In this document: positions 1-8,208 of the stretch, in pieces
Layout: each line of letters opens with the position of its first letter
Position numbering within the stretch: the stretch's first letter is position 1
NCBI GenBank assembly: GCA_015066595.1
Contig: SVNZ01000003.1
Span: 112,836-176,835 of the forward strand
DNA from: Oscillospiraceae bacterium
GTDB lineage: Bacteria; Bacillota; Clostridia; Oscillospirales; Acutalibacteraceae
Direction of reading: 5' to 3'
Length of the DNA stretch: 64,000 nt
The notes under the pieces: model-generated
What the model was told of the DNA's origin: nothing
The model's database searches: none
The model's input: only the letters and a program-made list of their open reading frames with translations
Position numbers and translations under genes: made by a program

Positions 1-1215
1 TCGACGTCCAGGACCACGGGAAGGTCTTGTTTCACCTACAGAGTAGCTTGGGAAGTTGTAGTGGTGCATATATCTCTTTGACTCTTCTTCATCGATACCA
101 TCAAGAAGCTGAGCGTCTGATACAGGACCCAAAGTAGCTATTGTGAGAACCTGAGTCTGGCCACGAGTGAAAAGACCTGAACCATGAACACGTGGTAAAA
201 GCGAGACTTCTGAAGCGAGTGGTCTGATATCGTTCATACCTCTACCGTCAACACGCTTTTGTTCATCGAGCAACCATCTTCTGACGATGAACTTCTGTGT
301 CTTGTACAGACACTCGTCGATTTTTGCTTCGCATTCAGGATAAATCTCGTCGAAATGCTCGTGAACCTTTTCATAGATAGGCTTGAGTCTTTCGTCTCTG
401 ACTGTTTTGTCGTCTGTGTCGAGTGCTACTTTGATATCTTCTTCTGAGAAAGCTTTGATAGCCTCGAACATATCGTGATCAGGCTCGTTTGATGGGTAAG
501 AGAATTTCTCTTTACCGATTTCAGCCTGAATACCTTCGATAAATTTGATGATGTGCTGGTTAGCTTCGTGACCAGCCATAATAGCGTTGTACATAACCTC
601 GTCGCTTACACAGTTAGCACCTGCTTCGATCATAGCGATACGCTCAGAAGTTGAAGCAACAGTTGTAGCCATATCAGACTTTGCTCTCTGCTTTGCATTT
701 GGGTTGATGATGATTTCACCGTCAACAAGACCGACTGAAACTGAAGAGATAGGACCGTTCCAAGGAATGTCAGAGATAGACAGTGCGATTGATGTACCGA
801 CCATAGCAGCGATTTCAGGCATACAGTCAGGGTCAACGCTCATTACAGTACAAACAATAGAAACGTCGTTTCTCATATCCTTAGGGAAAAGTGGACGGAT
901 AGGTCTGTCGATAACACGAGAAACAAGTACAGCCTTGTCTGTAGGTCTGCCCTCACGCTTTAAGAAGCTGCCCGGAATCTTACCTACTGAGTAGAGCTTC
1001 TCCTCAAAATCAACTGAAAGGGGGAAGAAGTCGATGCCATCTCTTGGCTTTGCTGCGGCAGTAGCAGCAACGTGAACAACGGTCTCGCCATAGCGGACTA
1101 AACAAGCACCGTTTGCGAGCTGTGTCATTTTACCTGTCTCGATAACGAGCGGTCTGCCGGCAAATTCAGTCTCAAAAACTCTGAATTTGTCAAAAGTCAT
1201 CATTGAGTTTGCCAT
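1..1215 (-). CDS. pnp: Polyribonucleotide nucleotidyltransferase (PNPase), 5' part; continues beyond the left window edge
   Basis: Manual translation from ATG at 1215 (RBS AGGAGG): MANSMMTFDKFRVFETEFAGRPLVIETGKM...KIPGSFLKREGRP...TRPSRGPGRR; follows rpsO. Confidence 0.97.
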   Translation of the reverse strand, partial: MANSMMTFDKFRVFETEFAGRPLVIETGKMTQLANGACLVRYGETVVHVAATAAAKPRDGIDFFPLSVDFEEKLYSVGKIPGSFLKREGRPTDKAVLVSRVIDRPIRPLFPKDMRNDVSIVCTVMSVDPDCMPEIAAMVGTSIALSISDIPWNGPISSVSVGLVDGEIIINPNAKQRAKSDMATTVASTSERIAMIEAGANCVSDEVMYNAIMAGHEANQHIIKFIEGIQAEIGKEKFSYPSNEPDHDMFEAIKAFSEEDIKVALDTDDKTVRDERLKPIYEKVHEHFDEIYPECEAKIDECLYKTQKFIVRRWLLDEQKRVDGRGMNDIRPLASEVSLLPRVHGSGLFTRGQTQVLTIATLGPVSDAQLLDGIDEEESKRYMHHYNFPSYSVGETRPSRGPGRR

Positions 1216-1240
1216 AATAAAATCCTCCTAAATATATTAT

Positions 1241-1347
1241 CACAGGATTTTACACTGTATCGTTTAGCAATAAAACCAACAGATTTCATACTGCGTTTTG
1301 CCAAAATCTGCTCGTTTTACCGCTAAATAACAAATGTAAAATCTGTG
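1241..1347 (-). promoter_or_regulatory. Long stem-loop in the pnp leader (candidate RNase III processing site)
   Basis: Minus-strand arms ATTTAGCGGTAAAACGAGCAGATTT / AAATCTGTTGGTTTTATTGCTAAAC pair with three G-U wobbles; outer CACAGATTTTACA / TGTAAAATCCTGTG. Confidence 0.65.
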
Positions 1348-1361
1348 CAAAAAACGCAATA

Positions 1362-1389
1362 TAGGGCAAACGAATAATCGTCTGCCCTA
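1362..1389 (-). terminator. rpsO terminator-like hairpin
   Basis: TAGGGCAAACGA / TCGTCTGCCCTA inverted repeat just after the rpsO stop; weak U-tract. Confidence 0.5.
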
Positions 1390-1397
1390 AGTGAATG

Positions 1398-1661
1398 TTA
1401 CTTACGGATACCGAGTCTAGCGATGATAGAACGATATCTTTCGATGTCAACCTTGATGAGATAATCAAGGAGAGCACGTCTTTGACCGATCATTTTGAAC
1501 AAGCCACGACGTGAGTGATGGTCCTTTTTGTGAACCTTGAGGTGCTCAGTAAGGTCGTTAATTCTCTTTGTCAAAAGAGCAATCTGAACTTCCGGAGAAC
1601 CTGTGTCGCCCTCGTGCATAGCATATTCTTGCATGATAGCTGTCTTTTCTTCTTTAAGCAT
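1398..1661 (-). CDS. rpsO: 30S ribosomal protein S15
   Basis: [16 protein letters not shown]...DHHSRRGL motif. Confidence 0.99.
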   Translation of the reverse strand: MLKEEKTAIMQEYAMHEGDTGSPEVQIALLTKRINDLTEHLKVHKKDHHSRRGLFKMIGQRRALLDYLIKVDIERYRSIIARLGIRK

Positions 1662-1792
1662 GAGTATATACCACCTTTTAAAATATTACCGTCTCACCCA
1701 GTAAAGGGATGGTGATGTCCGTAATACGGCTTGCACCCCAAACCGAGAACGCGGCTAAAATGTATTTTATCACAAAAGAAATTAAAAGTAAA
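1662..1792 (-). promoter_or_regulatory. rpsO promoter and structured leader (probable S15 autoregulatory leader)
   Basis: TTTACT-17-TAAAAT with TG extension (1792-1764); GC-rich leader of about 95 nt; S15 leaders are established in Firmicutes, fold not computed. Confidence 0.55.
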
Positions 1793-1823
1793 GGGCAAAT
1801 CGCTATATATAATGTAAAAATAA

Positions 1824-2201
1824 TTATTTAGTAGTTTTGCTCATATTCGTGATTTTCGCTAAAACAGACGATTTTTGCTTGTTGCTTAATAGCCTGAAGG
1901 ATAAAACAAGGGTTTGCTCATCTTTTGAAAGTGAGTAAACAGGAACAGTTGTTTTAGAGTCGCTGTCTTTGAGTGAAGCAGTCGAATCTTCTTTTGGTAG
2001 CAGAGTAGTTACATCTACATCGAAAAGGTCGGCTAGTTTTACGATAGTTGTGAGGTTAGGTTCAGTACGTCCGCTTTCATACCCGGTGTAGGTTGAGCGA
2101 TCAATGCCAAGAACAGTCGCAACCTGTAGCTGTGACAGACCACAGTGATCTCTGCATTTACGCAGTTTTTCAGCCGTGCTGGTATGAATGACTTTGCTCA
2201 C
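1824..2201 (-). CDS. XRE-family HTH transcriptional regulator
   Basis: LRKCRDHCGLSQLQVATVLGIDRSTYTGYESGRTEP HTH; start refined to GTG 2201 (RBS AAGGAGG); promoter TTGAAA-17-TATAAT at 2261-2233. Confidence 0.9.
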   Translation of the reverse strand: MSKVIHTSTAEKLRKCRDHCGLSQLQVATVLGIDRSTYTGYESGRTEPNLTTIVKLADLFDVDVTTLLPKEDSTASLKDSDSKTTVPVYSLSKDEQTLVLSFRLLSNKQKSSVLAKITNMSKTTK

Positions 2202-2267
2202 AAAAACAGCCTCCTTTCCCATTTCTACCAGTATTATAGAGTGAAAAAATGTCACTTTCAACAAATG

Positions 2268-2349
2268 GTGACAAACTGTCACATAACAATTTTGTAAGAC
2301 CTTACAAAATCAATAGATACTTGAAAAGCACACTCGATTTTGATATAAT
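2268..2349. promoter_or_regulatory. Divergent XRE/tRNA control region: two palindromes and the tRNA sigmaA promoter
   Basis: GTGACA-N3-TGTCAC (2268-2282); ATTTTGTAAG-AC-CTTACAAAAT (2289-2310); TTGAAA(2321)-17-TATAAT(2344) with TG extension. Confidence 0.75.
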
Positions 2350-2363
2350 CAAATACAATATTT

Positions 2364-2439
2364 GCTGGAGTAGCTCAGTCGGTAGAGCAGCTGATTCGTA
2401 ATCAGCAGGTCGCGTGTTCGATTCACGTCTTCAGCTCCA
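2364..2439 (+). tRNA. tRNA-Thr (CGT)
   Basis: Cloverleaf: acceptor GCTGGAG/CTTCAGC, anticodon arm GCTGA-TTCGTAA-TCAGC, T-arm GCGTG-TTCGATT-CACGT, encoded CCA. Confidence 0.98.
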
Positions 2440-2444
2440 AAAAC

Positions 2445-2475
2445 AGCAGGGCGCCGTTGGTGTCCTGCTATTTTT
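2445..2475 (+). terminator. tRNA-Thr terminator
   Basis: AGCAGGGCGCC-GTT-GGTGTCCTGCT followed by ATTTTT. Confidence 0.8.
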
Positions 2476-2501
2476 AGTATAAAAAGGCGACCTGCTGGGG
2501 G

Positions 2502-2710
2502 CCCCGAAGAGTTAAAAACTCTTTGGGGAGAGGAGGAATCGCGATGAAGCAGGATAGCGATTAAAATCGCTAGAAGCAAGTACAGCGAATGACGACGATG
2601 TCGCGTGTTCGATTCACGTCTTCAGCTCCACGTCGTCGCAGGCTACACAGGTCTGCGACGTTTTTTGCAAAATCGTTGCTTGACTTGTTGTCCTGATTAT
2701 CCTCTCCAAA
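2502..2710 (+). other. Structured non-coding element (candidate MITE-like element or ncRNA) enclosing the tRNA fragment
   Basis: Nested inverted repeats: 2502-2528 hairpin, GGAGAGGA(2527)/TCCTCTCC(2700), 2555-2572 hairpin, 2575-2592/2673-2689 stem, GACGACG/CGTCGTC, 2634-2660 hairpin plus T6. Confidence 0.6.
2600..2630 (+). repeat. Exact 31-bp copy of the tRNA-Thr 3' end (att-core-like)
   Basis: GTCGCGTGTTCGATTCACGTCTTCAGCTCCA occurs at 2409-2439 and at 2600-2630. Confidence 0.95.
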
Positions 2711-3015
2711 ATCCGATGAGTGATTGTACGAAGACTATTCAAAATTATTATGCTCGGAGTTTTCTTGAATACTCGATATCGAGTACAGCAAAATTTTGTC
2801 GCTTATTATTGATGCGTAATTTGATTGTATAAAACTTAAAGGGTGGATAGTTATCCACCCTTGTTTATGTAATTTTAAAACTATTTGGTGTGTCGTGCGT
2901 TCGAAAAATTGATAGAGCGTGTTATATCAGAAGCAAGAAACACGTACAATCGTTGGTATTGTGTAAATCATATTAACCTATACTCAAATTGTCAAGAACA
3001 ATTGTAGGTGAAAAA

Positions 3016-3228
3016 ATGATAGAAATACTGGCTAAACGACTCAGAGAGTGCAGAAAAGCACGGGGATACACACAGATGCAGGTGTCGATATACTGCGATA
3101 TAACAGAAAAAGCGTATCAGAACTACGAGCTTATGACTCGTGAACCTAAAATCGAGATACTTATGCGTATTGCAGATTTATATGATGTTTCGCTTGACTA
3201 TTTATGTGGCAGAAGTGATGAAAAATGA
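3016..3228 (+). CDS. Small XRE-family HTH protein
   Basis: RLRECRKARGYTQ...YQNYE...EPKIEILMRIADLYDVSLDYLCGR; ATG 3016 after AGGTG. Confidence 0.9.
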   Translation: MIEILAKRLRECRKARGYTQMQVSIYCDITEKAYQNYELMTREPKIEILMRIADLYDVSLDYLCGRSDEK

Positions 3229-3235
3229 TTTTATT

Positions 3236-3266
3236 AAGGATGCTTTACTGCATCCTTTTTTATTTT
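3236..3266 (+). terminator. Intrinsic terminator
   Basis: AAGGATGC-TTTACT-GCATCCTT plus T-run. Confidence 0.75.
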
Positions 3267-3374
3267 ATATTTATATAACGAAAAAGCTGTAAACCCTTGA
3301 AAAAACCACAGAAATCCGTTATACTTAATAAGTTGTAAATTGCACTTAAATTTAAAAACAAAGTAGGTGTTAAT

Positions 3375-4844
3375 ATGAAGCTTAAAGAAACGCTTAACAA
3401 GGAGTATTTTTCCATCGAATTGTATAAGTATATTTTGAGTGCTTTGCTCGCTTGTGTTATGGGTATATTCATTTCGATGGTTGTTTTTGCAGATGCGATT
3501 TTATCAAAAACGGATACGGTTCTTATTCCTTTAGTGTTTTCACTCATATATTTTGCTGCTTTGCTCATTATCTCAAGACTCAAGGACATAAAACTGTTTG
3601 ATTTCTCAGTGATTGCAGCTTTACTTGCGGCAGTTGTTGTATGTAGAGTGAGTATGTTGCAGATGGTATCTATGGACTACCACAACTTTATATATAAGTG
3701 GCTGGAGTCTATGAGTAAAATTGACTTTTCTTCAGCTATCACAACTAAAATCGGTGATTATAATCTGCCGTATCTGTATTTCCTTGCGGTATTATCAAGG
3801 TTTGAAAACGGATGGCTTGTCTGTGTGAAAGCTCTATCGTGTATTTTCGATGTAGTTCTTGCGTACTACGTGATGAAAATAGCTTCACTCAAGATTAAGA
3901 GCAATAAAATAAAAGCATTGATTTTTGTGCTTACACTAGCGATTCCAACTGTGTTGCTGAACAGTGCGGGCTGGGGTCAGTGTGATTCCATATATGGTGC
4001 TTTATGTATCGGCAGTATTTACTATGCTTTAACTGACAAAGGCACAAAGAGTATGGTGATGTTCTCGCTTGCATTTGCATTTAAGTTACAGGCAATTTTT
4101 ATCATACCTATCCTAATTATATGTTTTATATTAGGTAAAATAGACTGGTACAAGCTTTTGATAGTTCCGATAGTTTATATTGCTTGTATGTTCCCTGCAA
4201 TAGTATGTGGAAGAGGTTTGTATGAAAGTCTTTTTGTGTATGTTGATCAGGCATCACAGACACAATACCAGAAGATGACCTTGAATGCGACCAGTATCTG
4301 GACATTGCTTGAGGATGGTGCTTATTCAACGTACAAATGGGTCGGCATAATGCTGGCAGCTTTAGTAGCACTTGTTTACGTATATCTTTGTTATATCTAC
4401 GCTGACAGAATCGAAACAAAAGAGCTTGTGATTGTTGCATATCTCACAACTCTTGCGTTACCGTTCTTTTTGCCTAGCATGCACGATAGATACTTCTTTA
4501 TAGCTGATGTGCTTAGCGTTTTAGTTTTTGTTTATGACAGGCGAAAATGGTATGTGCCTTTTGTGACGGTGTTTGCTTCGTTTGCGACTTATGCGATATT
4601 CCTTATCAATGTTGCCGGTTTGTACAACCTCAAAGTTTTTACAGTTGCACTGATGGTTGTGATGATAGTTCTGACTAAAGATCTTTTTGAAAACCTTAGA
4701 GCAAAAGAACCTGTGCGCACTTTCCCGATAGCTCAGAAAACTATTGTTGAAGATACTTTTGAAGAAGACAAAACTGACGATGTTCAAAGCAAAGAAGTTT
4801 GTCAATTTGCAGAGGAAAGCGAAGCGGAAGAAGCTTCGGTATAA
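3375..4844 (+). CDS. Polytopic membrane glycosyltransferase, GT-C fold (GT87/mannosyltransferase-like)
   Basis: Many TM segments; DY...W, DYNLPYLY, NSAGWGQCDSIY, KLQA, PSMHDRYFF motifs; acidic C-terminal tail. Confidence 0.7.
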   Translation: MKLKETLNKEYFSIELYKYILSALLACVMGIFISMVVFADAILSKTDTVLIPLVFSLIYFAALLIISRLKDIKLFDFSVIAALLAAVVVCRVSMLQMVSMDYHNFIYKWLESMSKIDFSSAITTKIGDYNLPYLYFLAVLSRFENGWLVCVKALSCIFDVVLAYYVMKIASLKIKSNKIKALIFVLTLAIPTVLLNSAGWGQCDSIYGALCIGSIYYALTDKGTKSMVMFSLAFAFKLQAIFIIPILIICFILGKIDWYKLLIVPIVYIACMFPAIVCGRGLYESLFVYVDQASQTQYQKMTLNATSIWTLLEDGAYSTYKWVGIMLAALVALVYVYLCYIYADRIETKELVIVAYLTTLALPFFLPSMHDRYFFIADVLSVLVFVYDRRKWYVPFVTVFASFATYAIFLINVAGLYNLKVFTVALMVVMIVLTKDLFENLRAKEPVRTFPIAQKTIVEDTFEEDKTDDVQSKEVCQFAEESEAEEASV

Positions 4845-4870
4845 TCATAAATAAAGTTATAATGAAAAAT

Positions 4871-4905
4871 AAAAACCCGACCTGTTAAAATCAGGTCGGG
4901 TTTTT
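4871..4905. terminator. Bidirectional terminator between the glycosyltransferase gene and ychF
   Basis: AAAAACCCGACCTG / CAGGTCGGGTTTTT perfect inverted repeat. Confidence 0.9.
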
Positions 4906-4918
4906 ATTTGTGTAGTTT

Positions 4919-6025
4919 TTATACATTGAATCTGAATAGCACGACGTCTCCGTCTTTCATAACATATTCTTTGCCTTCACTTCGAACCAAGCCTTTTTCT
5001 TTAGCAGCAGCCATAGAGCCACACTGAACAAGGTCATCAAAAGCGATAACCTCAGCACGAATGAAACCTCGCTCAAAGTCGGTGTGGATTTTTCCTGCCG
5101 CACCCGGAGCTTTAGTACCTTTTTTGATAGTCCATGCTCTGACTTCTGGCTTGCCTGCTGTGAGATACGAGATAAGACCGAGAAGTGAGTAACACTCGTT
5201 GATGAGTCTGTCAAGACCTGATTGTTCAAGTCCCATATCGGATAAGAAAAGCTCTTTTTCTTCCTTGTCCATTTCGACAATCTGTTCTTCAAGCTCTGCA
5301 CATATAGGAAGCACACCGGCTCCTTCAGTCTGGGCGAGTTCTCTGACTTTTTTGAGTCGCTCGTTGTTGTCTATACCTGACTCAAAGTCGCTTTCAGACA
5401 TATTAGCGGCATAGATAACCGGCTTGTTAGTCAGCAGTGCTACTTCGGAAAGAAGCTTTTTCTGTTCATCATCACACTCAACACAGCGTGCGGTTTTACC
5501 GTTTTGAAGTGCGTCCTCGACTTTTTTGAAGAAGTCAACTTCAGCCTGATACTTTTTGTCTGCTTTGGTCATCTTCTGAGCTTTGTCGATACGTCTACTG
5601 ATGAGCTCGACGTCAGAGAGAATAAGCTCAAGGTTGATAGTATCGATATCTCTTATAGGGTCAACGCTACCCTCAACGTGAATGATATCGTCGTTTTCAA
5701 AGCAACGCACAACGTGTACGATAGCGTCACATTCTCTGATGTTTGAGAGAAACTTGTTGCCAAGACCCTCGCCCTTTGATGCGCCTTTGACAAGACCTGC
5801 GATATCAACGAATTCGATGGTAGCAGGAGTGTACTTGTCAGGGTCATACATCTGGGCCAGCTTGTCCAGACGCTTGTCCGGTACAGCAACAACGCCGACG
5901 TTAGGTTCTATAGTACAAAAAGGGTAGTTAGCAGACTGTGCGCCTGCATTTGTAATAGCATTGAAAAGTGTGCTTTTGCCAACATTTGGCAAGCCAACGA
6001 TACCTAGTTTCATATTATTCTCCAA
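4919..6025 (-). CDS. ychF: Redox-regulated ribosome-binding ATPase YchF
   Basis: [34 protein letters not shown]-terminal TGS domain. Confidence 0.98.
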   Translation of the reverse strand: MENNMKLGIVGLPNVGKSTLFNAITNAGAQSANYPFCTIEPNVGVVAVPDKRLDKLAQMYDPDKYTPATIEFVDIAGLVKGASKGEGLGNKFLSNIRECDAIVHVVRCFENDDIIHVEGSVDPIRDIDTINLELILSDVELISRRIDKAQKMTKADKKYQAEVDFFKKVEDALQNGKTARCVECDDEQKKLLSEVALLTNKPVIYAANMSESDFESGIDNNERLKKVRELAQTEGAGVLPICAELEEQIVEMDKEEKELFLSDMGLEQSGLDRLINECYSLLGLISYLTAGKPEVRAWTIKKGTKAPGAAGKIHTDFERGFIRAEVIAFDDLVQCGSMAAAKEKGLVRSEGKEYVMKDGDVVLFRFNV

Positions 6026-6136
6026 TCTATGAGGTGTTGCTCAAAAAAGATTTTTGTAGTATTATATCAAATGATAGCATATGTAAGTATAACACAAACA
6101 TTTTTTAAAATAAAGACATTTTTTAAGGTGATATAA

Positions 6137-6787
6137 ATGAGCAGATACGATATAGCGCTCTTTGATTTAGATGGTACTATTTCAAAAAGTGCAGATGGCA
6201 TAAAATATTGTTTGATGAAAACACTGGATAAAATGGAAAAGCCTCATCCGGATTTGTCCGACTACTCTAAGTACATCGGGCCACCGCTTTTTAGTACTTT
6301 TCAGAACCTTTGTGGACTAAATGAAGAGGAAGCACAGCAAGCAGTGGAGATTTACGTAAAGCTTTATGATATAGACGGACTCAAAAGAAACGAGCTTTTT
6401 GAGGGCATTGACGATGTGCTCAAAAAGCTCAAAGAAAACGGAGTAAAACTTGCGATTTGTTCGTCAAAGCACGAAGCTATAGCAACAGAAGTTGTAAAGC
6501 TGCTTGGTGTTTACGATTATTTTGACAAGGTGTGTGGCTCAACCATAGACGGTAGCAGAAAAGAAAAAGAAGAGCTCATACCTTATGCACTGAATAAGCT
6601 TTGTGCAAAAGACAGCGACAAGGTAGCTATGATAGGTGACACTAAGTTTGACTGCAGGGGTGCGCTGCACTGTTGCGTTGATTTTATCGGTGTGACTTAT
6701 GGCTACGGAACACTAAAAGATATGAAAGATGCCGGCGGGAAGATGTTTGCTCACACTCCACAAGAACTTCATAAATATCTGCTTTAA
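6137..6787 (+). CDS. HAD-superfamily phosphatase (phosphoglycolate phosphatase/5'-nucleotidase-like)
   Basis: FDLDGT motif I, IGPPL, MIGD motif IV. Confidence 0.9.
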   Translation: MSRYDIALFDLDGTISKSADGIKYCLMKTLDKMEKPHPDLSDYSKYIGPPLFSTFQNLCGLNEEEAQQAVEIYVKLYDIDGLKRNELFEGIDDVLKKLKENGVKLAICSSKHEAIATEVVKLLGVYDYFDKVCGSTIDGSRKEKEELIPYALNKLCAKDSDKVAMIGDTKFDCRGALHCCVDFIGVTYGYGTLKDMKDAGGKMFAHTPQELHKYLL

Positions 6788-6847
6788 TCATAGCAGTGAC
6801 TTTCCTTTCATATATATAGGACAAGATATATATGAAAGGGTGCTATT

Positions 6848-7330
6848 GTGTTTGTTCTTACTATAAAGTCAAAATTTAGGAAAATCATACTTTTCTGTAT
6901 CATAGGAGTGGTTGTGTCAGTAGTAGTTTTTGCGGGGTTTCTTGCGATCAATAACACTCCTTTTGATACAGCCTTTTGTGAAAGCGTAGGGGAGTACTCA
7001 ACAAAAGCTCAAAGCGAAGAAGATATAGCGGATTTTGTGAGACAGTTTTTCTTTGAAACTGACGAGCTCTACAACGTAGAAGAGATAACTATACCATATG
7101 TTTTTAACGATACATATATTAAGTATAACGAGCTTCAAAAAAAGCAGGGACTTGACTTGGAACCGTTTAAAGGCAGAACTTCCATTCGCTATATTTACAG
7201 CCTCAAAAATCACAAAATTGATGATACCGATGCGTACATTACTATTATAGTATATAAAGGCAGGGTTATTGCAGGGCACATCTCAACAGGAGTAGAAGGA
7301 ACTCCTATATATACCTTTCTTGGAGAATGA
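6848..7330 (+). CDS. Membrane-anchored protein, DUF4830-like (probably sporulation-associated)
   Basis: N-terminal TM; IP..FNDTY..YNELQKKQGLDLEPFKG...VIAGHIS pattern; sporulation-type promoter upstream. Confidence 0.65.
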   Translation: MFVLTIKSKFRKIILFCIIGVVVSVVVFAGFLAINNTPFDTAFCESVGEYSTKAQSEEDIADFVRQFFFETDELYNVEEITIPYVFNDTYIKYNELQKKQGLDLEPFKGRTSIRYIYSLKNHKIDDTDAYITIIVYKGRVIAGHISTGVEGTPIYTFLGE

Positions 7331-8060
7331 TATGAATACTTTAGAACGACTGGACAAAATAATATCTACCCAGACAAGCTATTCACGCAAAGAGATAAAA
7401 AAGCTTGCACGTATGGGCGACATACAAGTGAACGGTGGGGTGTGCAAAAACAGTGATACCAAAATCAATCCGAATACGGATATCGTTACTGTTTGTGGTG
7501 AAAAAATAAGCTACCAAAAGTACGTTTACTATATGCTCAACAAGCCAAAGGGTGTGCTCAGCGCAAGTAATGACAAAAATGCAGTAACTGTTGTTGATAT
7601 ATTGCCTCAAGAGCTCAAACGCAAGAACTTGTTTCCTGCAGGAAGGCTTGATAAAGACACTACAGGTCTGCTGATTATTACAGACGATGGGGATTTTGCT
7701 CACAGAATGCTTTCTCCTAGTAAAAAGGTGTACAAGCACTACATCGCCACACTCGACAAAGAGCTCGACGATACTGTTAAAGAAAAGTTTGAAAACGGAA
7801 TAGTGCTTTCAGACGGTACAGTATGTCAGAAGGCGTTTTTTGAAAAGCTAGAACCCAAAAAAGCACTGGTGAAAATATGCGAGGGCAAGTTCCATCAGGT
7901 GAAAAAGATGTTCTTGTCGTGCTCATATATGGTGGTAGACCTTGAACGAGTGCAGATAGGAGAGCTCAAGCTTGATAGCAATTTGCACTATGGACAAGCC
8001 CGTATTTTAAGCGAAAAAGAAAAACAGGCGGTTTTTAGTGTGAAAAATGACCAAATATGA
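7320..8060 (+). CDS. rRNA pseudouridine synthase, RsuA family
   Basis: S4 domain RLDK..., YYMLNKPKG, GRLDKDTTGLL, EGKFHQVKKM. Confidence 0.93.
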   Translation: MENDMNTLERLDKIISTQTSYSRKEIKKLARMGDIQVNGGVCKNSDTKINPNTDIVTVCGEKISYQKYVYYMLNKPKGVLSASNDKNAVTVVDILPQELKRKNLFPAGRLDKDTTGLLIITDDGDFAHRMLSPSKKVYKHYIATLDKELDDTVKEKFENGIVLSDGTVCQKAFFEKLEPKKALVKICEGKFHQVKKMFLSCSYMVVDLERVQIGELKLDSNLHYGQARILSEKEKQAVFSVKNDQI

Positions 8061-8208
8061 CCTGTATTTTTTTATTTATGGGTATATTATATAAAAAATG
8101 TGGCAAATATTTAGTGAAAAAATAGGTGGCATTGCGTAAAAATTTGTGATACAATACTAGATGATATATATAGACGTGTTTTTGCACGCTATTATTGGAG
8201 GTTTTTAC

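Noticed and set aside
259-994. Plus-strand ORFs at 259-447 and 587-994
   Set aside because: Antisense shadows of pnp, which the ORF track missed because it runs off the window edge.
2349-2832. ORFs 2349-2579 (-) and 2605-2832 (+)
   Set aside because: They overlap the tRNA and the structured repeat, lack an SD and have no recognisable protein features; shadow ORFs.
1824-3266. Prophage or ICE at tRNA-Thr
   Set aside because: Only 160 bp separate the direct repeats and no integrase, relaxase or phage gene is present; at most a remnant or mini-element.
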